Shown here piece after piece: positions 1-11,066 of a DNA stretch of 64,000 bases. How positions within the stretch are numbered: position 1 is the stretch's first letter; the number at the start of each line of letters is the position of its first letter. The notes under the pieces are model-generated. The model did not search any database and was not told the origin of the DNA. It worked only from the letters and a program-made list of their open reading frames with translations. A program made the translations under genes and the position numbers. Source of the stretch: Laetmonice hystrix (taxonomy: Eukaryota); NCBI GenBank assembly GCA_965235115.1, contig OZ249447.1, positions 22,258,001-22,322,000 of the forward strand, in the 5' to 3' direction.

Positions 1-3000
1 TATTAAAAGGATCCGGGTCACCGAGTACCACTGACCCACAAAGTTGAATAGGGCTAATTGATCCATTAAATTCACACTAAAACGGATCATTAAACCTCTT
101 AGGGCTCGTATTCAAAATACAGCAGGGCCAGATGAAAAATTTAAAAATGATAAATCCTGATAGATAAGGCAATACTGTTGATGTCTTTGTTCACAATACA
201 TGTTGGATTGACTCCCCGTTGTTAATCCTGGGAGACTTTACGTTTGATTGAGTCATGTAGGAGGTAAACATAATCAGTATATGAAAGGTGTATTTAATCT
301 GGAAGTGGTCTCCCTAAATTATGGTATTATTCCCCCAAAGAAAAATATAATCCAGTCTCCAGAAGTCAGGTTAAGACTTTGAAACAGCTGCAGGGATACT
401 TAGTTAGACTTGGCAATGTCTGAACCAGACCAGTAAGCCAGACTTACAGGTAGGCAGTGAGAAGTTAGCAACCTCCCCCTCCCCACCCCCACCCCATTGA
501 CCTGACCTGGGTGACTGGGCCTATAGCACGCCGCCACTCCCCCAGCCGTCCCGGCTACCTCCCGGGGTTCCTGCCGGCCAGCCGGTCCCCCAGCCAGCCG
601 GTCACGGCAGCAATGGTCCGAGGTGTGCGTGTCTGAGGCCCATATCGGCCGACCACCACCCCGGCCACACCATGCCCGCTCACCGCAATGGTCAAACAGC
701 ATCTCCGCCGTGCCGTACTCTTACATTACGGCTATCAAAAAGTAGACATTACTCTCAGATTTATGTTCCCCTGGAGAACCGATTAATTACGTTGAGAATA
801 GGCGCGGCCCGTGAAGACCGACCGACCCCCGTGGCCACTTCTCACACACTCCATTCTCCCAGTCATCATCGCCAGTTAGCTGGAACCATAACGCCAAACG
901 GACACATTTCTCAGCTGACCACTGGTTCTGGCCATTTGTGGGGAAAATGGAAGGGGCCACCAGCTACGAATTATAATAAAATGGGATGAAAGAATGACAT
1001 CAAGAAAAAGACGACCATGAAGTGGGCATTAATTGTCCACATCGTTGGTTTTGATGTGTTTGATCAGTCTCGTGAATTCAGCGTGCAAGCGGCCTCACTT
1101 TTATTACATTTGACACACTCTTTAAAAGGAAAAAAAGGAGAAGTATAAAAAGGGAACATTTTTAAACAGGACAGTTCCAAGTTGAACATATTCGCATGTT
1201 CATTGCTTACAGCGTCGTAAAGCTGAAGTTGTAGTACCCCCTGGGTGTGGAGTAAATTACAGTGCTTTTTTCTGGCAGAAAGAATCGCGTATTAGATATT
1301 TTGTCTAGATTACCTGTTGCCGACACCCAATCTGCACCAAAGCTGTACATATGTAAAGTTAGTTGTTAACCCCATAGAGTATATTGCATCGACTGTGGGG
1401 GGAAAGCTTGAAGGAGTCAAGGATGTTTGGAGAGCGCCTCAGTATGTTAATTAGGTCAGCGTTGCTAATCTTCATCATATGTTCATTATCTAAGACTGCA
1501 TCACAGGGGGCAGGGAACCTGCCGTGTCAGATAGGCTTGATTGAAACTCGGGTGACACGTCACAGGCTGGGTGAGAAAAAGTAATTAAGTCCGGAATGAT
1601 TGGCACGTAGCACCCGAAATAACATGAGATTGTTTGGAAATACATGTACACCCATATATCGTCTGTTTATTGAGAATGTGAAAATCTAATGCCGGGTATT
1701 TAGGACATACTTAGGACCAAATAGCCCAAGATATACGAACACTGTTTCATAGAATAAGTTTTCTTCTTTGGTCTTTTTCTTCAAGTTGGGTGTGTTTGTA
1801 ACACAAAGCACTGAAATATAAGGGTTGACACTATTGCAGGGACAGGGTGATAGATTTGCCACAGACCTCCATGATTTCAAGTGACAAATATTTGGTATGA
1901 GAGATGTTTCTCATGAGGTAAGATTTGGCCACCTGGTGGCAGACCTCGGCGGACGGTTACTTCATGGGGTCAAGTACAAAGAATGGGCGACTAAAGGTCA
2001 GACACGTGTCATCATAAAGCACATGGAATCATGATCGGTGCAGATGGAATGTTTAGAACAGCTGTTCCAAGCTAATACACATACCGTGTTTATGACGGCA
2101 TAATTCACTCAGTGAAAATTTCGATAAGATATCGGGGTGGTCCTTTGACAGCTGGAGTGGCTGGCTTCATCATTCCATTGTCTATGTTTGATTCTAGTAA
2201 AGTCTGAGAATGAAGCGGGTACAGAAAATGGAGAGATTGGCGTGGAGTTAACGGTTGTGGTATAGCGGGGTGCAGTTATGGCGGGGTGGGGTGGACGCCC
2301 GCTCCCACGGTGACGACCACAAACGTCACGTGGATAGACATGGGTTATGTCAGCCGAGGACTCTCCTGACCACCTCCTCCCCTAACCACAGTCGTCCCAG
2401 GGTACTGAGTCCTCTCTCAACAGGACACCGTCGGTTACGGTGGTAGAAAACAGGCTGTCCGACCTCCCGGATCAAAAGCGGACAGAGGCGGGCCGGGACT
2501 GGAGTGACTGACCGGGGACTGGTTGAACTGAAGACTGGACAATGTTGACGGGTGTCACCAATTTGAAGGTTGGGGTCGGCGGCTGACTCGGCTCCTGTCG
2601 ACCCCTCGGTCGGGTGCAGCACGGCTGGGGACACCCCGGTCCATTGGAGCCACACTAAACGACGGGTTTCACAACTATAAAACAGACCTTTTTATCTGAC
2701 CCGTATACTATTACCGTTCTACAGTATGTCCCCCCAAAAATGATCGTCTGTGTTCCATTGTCAAAAAGAGATACTGGTTGTGATCAGTAATGCGTGACCC
2801 TGTCAACACCAAACTTGCTGAGAGTTATCTAGGGGGATCAAACTTTATGTTCAACTTCAACTTCAAAATTCAAAATTCTACAATCCTCTAAAATATCTAA
2901 GTGTATTGCACACTTAAAGTTAGACTATCATTTTTTGGGGGGCATACTCTATGCCCTTGTCTCCCTGTCTCCATTTATAAACTGGTTTCGGTGGATTCAA

Positions 3001-3770
3001 GGGAAAACATGAACACATCGTCGGTTCAATAACGTCTATTGTGCAGCACACGTAGAAGTTGGCACATGTTGGCTACATCCTATTATAACTCTATCATGTT
3101 TGATTTTTATATCTGTCTATAATGAAAGAGTACACAGAAGCAAAATGTTGGTCGTTGTCAGCCTTTAACTACACCCGTTACACATATCATTTCCGACAAA
3201 AAGTACTTTTTCCTTTTAATTTTTTATAAAACGCAATCCCGACGAGTGATTCAGAGTGACTCTTGTCCTGTTCTTATCAGACTATTGATGCGTGGTTCAA
3301 ACTGTTGGCTTTGTTGTTGGGAACGCTTCATGACGGCTCACTTAAAGTACATCCGTGATCCGCCTTAGTACGAACACAGGTCGGTGCTGTTACGGTGGGT
3401 AAAGTACAGGTGTTCACCTGTCTAAATAATAACCACAGGGGCTTGTCACTGAACGCAGACTCCCCTTACATGGCCACTCAAGGTAGTGTTAATTCCAACC
3501 GGCAACACCTGAAATATCAAAGGTCCTCACCGGTATTACCATCTGATTAGATTCACCTGCATACATAACACCTCCCGAACCCCCTCCCTCCACACCTGGT
3601 CCAGGTGAGACCTGATCATTGACACACCTGAGATATACATCAGGTCATTACAAGGGATTCACTAGACGGGTTGGTTCAATGTTACGTAACAGAGGCGTCT
3701 CTCTGACCCCCACGGTGGGTTGGGGTCAGACGTAGGCGGACCGAGATCCCGCCAAGATATGACGGTCTTT

Positions 3771-6290
3771 GGGGTGGATTGATGAGACAAGTAGATTCGG
3801 TGGTCAAGTATTGACTTCACTGACAGTTTTCAGTGGTGGAGAACCTGTTGGGGTGGATTGATTAGTAGATTCGGTGGTCAAGTATTGACTTCACTGACAG
3901 TTTTCAGTGGCGGAGAACCTGTTGGGGTGGATTGATTAGTAGATTCGGTGGTCAAGTATTGACTTCACTGACAGTTTTCAGTGGCGGAGAACCTGTTGGG
4001 GTGGATTGATTAGTAGATTCGGTGGTCAAGTATTGATGTCACTGACAGTTTTCTGTGGTGGAGAACCTGTTGGGGTGGATTGATTAGTAGATTCGGTGGT
4101 CAAGTATTGATGTCACTGACAGTTTTCAATGGTGGAGAACCTGTTGGGGTGGATTGATTAGTAGATTCGGTGGTCAAGTATTGACTTCACTGACAGTTTT
4201 CAGTGGTGGAGAACCTGTTGGGGTGGATTGATTAGTAGATTCGGTGGTCAAGTATTGATGTCACTGACAGTTTTCAATGGTGGAGAACCTGTTGGGGTGG
4301 ATTGATTAGTAGATTCGGTGGTCAAGTATTGACTTCACTGACAGTTTTCTGTGGTGGAGAACCTGTTGGGGTGGATTGATTAGTAGATTCGGTGGTCAAG
4401 TATTGACTTCACTGACAGTTTTCAGTGGTGGAGAACCTGTTGGGTGGATTAATTAGTAGATTCGGTGGTCAAGTATTGACTTCACTGACAGTTTTCAGTG
4501 GTGGAGAACCTGTTGGGGTGGATTGATTAGTAGATTCGGTGGTCAAGTATTGACTTCACTGACAGTTTTCAATGGTGGAGAACCTGTTGGGGTGGATTGA
4601 TTAGTAGATTCGGTGGTCAAGTATTGACTTCACTGACAGTTTTCAGTGGCGGAGAACCTGTTGGGGTGGATTGATTAGTAGATTCGGTGGTCAAGTATTG
4701 ATGTCACTGACAGTTTTCTGTGGTGGAGAACCTGTTGGGGTGGATTGATTAGTAGATTCGGTGGTCAAGTATTGACTTCACTGACAGTTTTCAGTGGTGG
4801 AGAACCTGTTGGGGTGGATTGATTAGTAGATTCGGTGGTCAAGTATTGACTTCACTGACAGTTTTCAATGGTGGAGAACCTGTTGGGGTGGATTGATTAG
4901 TAGATTCGGTGGTCAAGTATTGACCTCACTGACAGTTTTCTGTGGTGGAGAACCTGTTGGGGTGGATTAATTAGTAGATTCGGTGGTCAAGTATTGACTT
5001 CACTGACAGTTTTCAGTGGTGGAGAACCTGTTGGGTGGATTAATTAGTAGATTCGGTGGTCAAGTATTGACTTCACTGACAGTTTTCAGTGGTGGAGAAC
5101 CTGTTGGGTGGATTAATTAGTAGATTCGGTGGTCAAGTATTGACTTCACTGACAGTTTTCAATGGTGGAGAACCTGTTGGGGTGGATTGATTAGTAGACT
5201 CGGTGGTCAAGTATTGACTTCACTGACAGTTTTCAGTGGCGGAGAACCTGTTGGGGTGGATTGATTAGTAGATTCGGTGGTCAAGTATTGATGTCACTGA
5301 CAGTTTTCTGTGGTGGAGAACCTGTTGGGGTGGATTGATTAGTAGATTCGGTGGTCAAGTATTGATGTCACTGACAGTTTTCAGTGGTGGAGAACCTGTT
5401 GGGGTGGATTGATTAGTAGATTCGGTGGTCAAGTATTGATGTCACTGACAGTTTTCAGTGGTGGAGAACCTGTTGGGGTGGATTGATTAGTAGATTCGGT
5501 GGTCAAGTATTGACTTCACTGACAGTTTTCAGTGGTGGAGAACCTGTTGGGGTGGATTGATTAGTAGATTCGGTGGTCAAGTATTGACTTCACTGACAGT
5601 TTTCTGTGGTGGAGAACCTGTTGGGGTGGATTGATTAGTAGATTCGGTGGTCAAGTATTGACTTCACTGACAGTTTTCAGTGGTGGAGAACCTGTTGGGG
5701 TGGATTGATTAGTAGATTCGGTGGTCAAGTATTGACTTCACTGACAGTTTTCTGTGGTGGAGAACCTGTTGGGGTGGATTGATTAGTAGATTCGGTGGTC
5801 AAGTATTGACTTCACTGACAGTTTTCAGTGGTGGAGAACCTGTTGGGGTGGATTGATTAGTAGATTCGGTGGTCAAGTAATGATGTCACTGACAGTTTTC
5901 AATGGTGGAGAACCTGTTGGGGTGGATTGATTAGTAGATTCGGTGGTCAAGTAATGATGTCACTGACAGTTTTCTGTGGTGGAGAACCTGTTGGGGTGGA
6001 TTGATTAGTAGATTCGGTGGTCAAGTATTGACTTCACTGACAGTTTTCAGTGGTGGAGAACCTGTTGGGGTGGATTGATTAGTAGATTCGGTGGTCAAGT
6101 ATTGATGTCACTGACAGTTTTCAGTGGTGGAGAACCTGTTGGGGTGGATTGATTAGTAGATTCGGTGGTCAAGTATTGATGTCACTGACAGTTTTCAGTG
6201 GTGGAGAACCCGTTGGGGTGGATTGATTAGTAGATTCGGTGGTCAAGTATTGACTTCACTGACAGTTTTCAGTGGTGGAGAACCTGTTGG
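3771..6290. repeat. Minisatellite, 74-bp unit, ~34 copies
   Basis: Unit ggggtggattgattagtagattcggtggtcaagtattgacttcactgacagttttcagtggtggagaacctgtt. The period was read directly (unit starts at 3850 and 3924). Copies are near-identical with a few recurring variants, and the first copy is diverged (gatgagacaagtag). Confidence 0.98.
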
Positions 6291-8738
6291 ACTGGCTCTC
6301 TAAACGGTAGTAAGGTGTGACAGGTGACAGTGGGATCATGATATTACATATCAGAAACACCCCTCCCCCTGCAGACTGTATGGGTATAGGCTCTGGTGAT
6401 ACTCAGTGGTAGATCCCTGGCAGTTTGAACGCCTGATGATTAGTTTATAACCATAATTCATACCAAATCCCATCAATTCATACCAAATCTCATCATAAAG
6501 GAAATATGCCGACATATGGAGTAAGAGGTTTGAGGATGGCCATGGAATCCTCAGATCGTGCTGTCATAGAACCGTTGCCGTTTGTAGAGTGATCCCTTAA
6601 GATGTCCTGTGGTCTGACTCCTGCTGAGGTCCAGCTACTTGTGTGTCACTCAGTGTATGACGTCTTAAATAGGTATTTGGTCACCTACTCACCACACAGC
6701 CAAATAAATCCACGCCGTTAATGTGAGCTCTACCGTCAACCATCTTCCTATCTCAGCTACCCCTCGTGCTGCATACTGCTTTAATAAGATCTATGGAAGA
6801 GAAGGTGAAGAAAAAAATCATGACAATAGATTCTTTGAAAGGATGAGGACGAAGATCGGAGCAGCGTCAATAGTGTGTGTATTGACGGGCCGGTGATAGC
6901 CAGATTTATGTAAGGCCTAAAGAGCCACTTGTAGAATGGTGAGCAGACGGTGCACACACTTATTGAGGCCGGCAGCCGGCACAGATTGAATCCCCCAAGA
7001 TGTGATCCGCCACCGACAGTAGGATCAGGAGGATGACCAAACTCTCCACAAAACCCGAGCCGTGTTTGCCGAGCATTTCACACCGTCTTGTCGTCGTCGG
7101 CACACAAACAAGTTACGAACATTTCCACACACACCCAGCCAAATCTTAACGACATAAAGGAGGCATTTGATTGCCGTTGTTTACTCATGTAATTTGATAG
7201 GAGCTAGTGTGTTTGATGGCAGACTTAGATCTCTTACCTGACTATCCATCTAGATTAGATTATGAATGAAGCAGGTTCAGACGTCTTATGGCAGACGAAG
7301 ACGTGGGTGTACTTTGTCTGATATTGCAGACACAGTATTGGTGGCGTTAATCAGGGGGAAACTATGTCAAGGGAAATACTGACGGCTCGGAATGTCTGAC
7401 AGACTGGCTTACACAAGTGTAGGAGAACGTCATGGTGCACCATATACCGTGCACCAAAGTATTTGAAGTTCTCATAATTACTATTTATCTAAGTGGATGT
7501 GTTTTGTGAATGTATAAAAGTTTATAAAAGAGTATAAAAGGAAGTCGAAACGGTCGGGATACCAATCCCTACGATGTCAATCTAGCGTGTGCTCACTCAT
7601 TGAAACGTTTATCTCTGGGGTCAACCCTACTATCACTGACTGACCATTGTCCATTAAAATACCTCCGGATACGTGCACCTGACAGTGGTCACTACGGCAG
7701 GTGTGTTTGGGACTGACAGGGCTAGGGTAGAGGGGTTGGATCAACGAGCTACCCCATTATTGCACCATTGTACGGTATGGGAGGGTGAAATGATGGACCC
7801 AGTGAGGGGTGTCGTAGAAACATATCATTACCCCACGCCGCCCGGACCGAGGGTAGTTAGTCGGGTAACAATAGCTGTGGCCACCACCTCCTACCGGCAG
7901 GGTGCTGGGTCGGCAGACACCGTACCAACTGATACCTATCATTTGTCAATATTGGTGATAATCGTATGATGATTAAAGCATTACACCCTGCCACAGAGAT
8001 CACTTAAAGTTACTTTGATGTTTGCGGCTCTACTTGTTTCAGGTTGTGTGAACATTAAAATGGTCACTTGGAGAGGAAATTGGATAAGAACAGGGTTGAG
8101 ATTGGCGGCCTGGGGGTAAAATGAAAGGGGTTGAGGTAAGGGGGTAAGCTAGCATCGGGTGATTATAGACACTTTAGGATCAGTGTACCAGAGCCAGGTA
8201 AGACAAAGATTCAGGCTGCCGTCACTCACATTGCCAACTCGTACAAAACAGGTCACCTGTGAAAAAACTACAAGTAGGCCAATCTTTTAGGTCACCTGAC
8301 CCCGGAACAAGTTGATCTAACAAAATTGTTCAACCCAAGAAAGATGTAACTAGGCAAGGTCGGAAGTGCAACAGAGGTTACGTTTTTAGGTTGTAACTGA
8401 AAGGTGGCTTCTTTTGTAGAATTTACTGTTTTATCGTGACTAGGTGTTTTCTTGAATATTACCTGCCTTTCACAGAAACGCCCTCGTCCATAGATTGTAA
8501 TTCTTTACATTGCATCCATTATTTAATTTTTTGATCTACGTGTTCATTTAGATGTATATAAGGACAAGTCGTGTGTTTTGAAACGAGGTAAAGATAAAGA
8601 AAAGGTTGAAATGTGGTATTTATACATGTCTGTGTAATTCCATAGATTGTATGTACAGGTGTATAGAAAGACAAGTGATTTCCCAGATAAAGAGAAGGTT
8701 GATATATGGTATTTATATATATGTCTGTGTATTTGCAG

Positions 8739-8780
8739 GTGAGTCCCAAGGGTACTGACAATCACTATGCGCCAGGATGG
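8739..8780 (+). other. AG|GTGAGT site with a 42-bp candidate exon
   Basis: tgtgtatttgcag|GTGAGT...GGATGG|gtgagt. Frame 0 is open (VSPKGTDNHYAPGW). The polypyrimidine tract is modest. Confidence 0.25.
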
Positions 8781-10780
8781 GTGAGTCATGGATATGTTAT
8801 CAGATATTGGACAAATTCTACAAGATACGGACATAGCACATAATGAGTATCTTATGCCAGTAATGTTATCCGAGAGGAGACTGCATCAGTTTGTCCTCAC
8901 AATGCGAAGAGTAACTCGAACGAGTAGCCATCTCGTGGCGGAGAAAGTGGCTTCAGTGACGTCATAACGACCGACTTTCGGGAGTGGATGTGGCAGTCCA
9001 CCAGGAAACTTGATCTGAAGTTATCATTGATATTTTGCTGAAGAAAGTCCAATCTGACTTCTGCTCCTGGAAAATTAATTATATTTTGTGTGCTGCCAGC
9101 TCTGATTATTTCCCATTAATCCACGCAAGTAAACTCCAGTGAAATTTTGTGCACACAAAATTGCTCCTGAATTCGTGCGATAAGAGAATTTCACCAAGTC
9201 ATCTTAGCTATGATTGATGATTGATGAAAGTATTCCAAAGACGAGATAGAGAAATCTTGTTTTAAAAGCGAAGATAAAGTTATGGAGGGTCCTGGCCACA
9301 TTCTGTAGGGGAGAAATTATTTTTTTCCTAACAATTCCTGCCTAAAGGACATCAGGTATAATGCCAATGATCTTTGGGTTGTACAATATAATTTTCAATA
9401 AAAACACGTGGTATAAAGTTGCCTGATCATGAGTCAATATCTCACACCTAGATATAGTATATTATTCTGTTGGTGTAGCCTGGCAGTTCCATCTGGCCCT
9501 GAGAGATACGGTAATGACTGGCTAGACAGGTTGTCGTGTGTGGGCAACAGTAAGTTCGGTACCTGCAGGTGAAGGATAGAGTGTAGAGCAACGATATGCA
9601 GGTGTTCTCAAACACTGGAAACATACAACTATAATCTTTCTTTTCCTTTACGACACGTGCCCCCTTACCGAAAGGTAATTAGAAAAATAGATAGAACTGT
9701 TTGTAGGCAATTGGCCGTGTTAGAAGAAGATTGTGGAGTAAACTTTCAGAGCAGTATTTTACACCCTCGGTATTACTGTCGTGTGGTAAGAAATATATTT
9801 GACACGAACGATGCACTGTGTGTTTGGTATTGTATTAGCCTTGCACTTAGTGTGATTTTGTCTCCCTGAAGCTGGTAAAATGTGTTATGGATATAGTAAG
9901 TTACTGATTGAACGCATCGGTCAATGGCTAACGGTGACCTTCACTTCACTACGTGCCTGTTAGAGGTCATCTTGCCAGCGTTCAGCTGACCTGGAATGAG
10001 CAAGGAGATCCCAGAACCATCGCCACACCTTCACCCAGACGATCCGTGCTGGTTTCAACAAATTGCTGTTTTCAGTAACAAGTGACCGATTACACACCCA
10101 CCCTGGAGTGTCGTTTTGGCAGTTCACACGCGCCGACTGGGGCCAGTTTAATTGGCAATCTTCACACTGATTTATTCTCGGTGTGCCAGGCGTTGGTGGG
10201 GATTGGATCGGACATTTACTGTGTCACTCATTCACCACAGACATCTATTTTTGTTACGTAGACCTCAGACCAGTAAGGCCCTCAGACAGGGCACTAAACG
10301 GAAGGGCTAGCTACAAATTCCCACTTTGCCTGTGCTCTTTAATCAAATAAAAGTTTACTACCAAAATGTAACCGTGCGAATACAAAGTTGGATTTGAGCA
10401 ATAATCTCCTGCCTTATATTCCCCCAAATACCACTTTAACAATAAGTAAACTTTTGTTTAGTTGACAGTCTTCGTCTCCCTGACACTTAAATGAGGTCAG
10501 TCAGAAAATTGTGGGTATCACTGCAAACGGAGAACATGAGTGTGACTCGATAATCAAATAGAAACGACCCCAGATTCCGCAGTATTGGCCTATCTCTGGC
10601 AGCAGTGGGAAGCTCCACCCGACCCTGTCAGAAAACTGATTGTTCTATTAAGTCCCTGACCCATCATGGCATTGTCCAAATGACCCGCCAGATGTGCGAG
10701 TAGACAGCACGCGGCCGAATATCGATCACCAATATCGCACCAATCGAGCATCTCGGTGGGCAGATCTTAGCGAATGGTCA

Positions 10781-10840
10781 GTGCCCATCTGACGGTCACA
10801 GTGCCCATCTGACGGTCACAGTGCCCATCTGACGGTCACA
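10781..10840. repeat. Perfect 20-bp tandem repeat, 3 copies
   Basis: gtgcccatctgacggtcaca occurs three times exactly. Confidence 0.97.
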
Positions 10841-11048
10841 TCATAGCGGTGTGATCGTTTGGCGCCTATAGCGGGGCAGTACGGTACTCTGCCGGCCCGA
10901 GTGAGGGCTCGTATCTCACAACCACACAGGCATGTGGTGTATATTTATCAAGACGGAGTGCCTACTGCTATGATCTATTGTAGTAAGTGGCAGGATCTGT
11001 GTGGCTGGAGAAGTTGCCACCAATCCGGTGTGGCCATCTTTGGGCTGT

Positions 11049-11066
11049 AGAGAGAGAGAGAGAGAG
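11049..11066. repeat. (AG)9 microsatellite
   Basis: Read directly. A similar AG tract lies at ~36152-36168. Confidence 0.9.

Noticed and set aside
475-495. G4-capable C-tract (also ~47050-47146, ~48358-48376, ~62124-62154)
   Set aside because: These are common low-complexity runs with no associated feature, apart from the one at 53008 reported above.
3771-6290. CRISPR array or tRNA-derived repeat
   Set aside because: Units are head-to-tail with no unique spacers, there are no cas genes, and there is no Pol III B-box.
9563-9614. Minus-strand 52-bp exon candidate (xFENTCISLLYTLSFTC)
   Set aside because: The donor gtaccg is weak, and no phase-compatible neighbour gives a recognisable protein.
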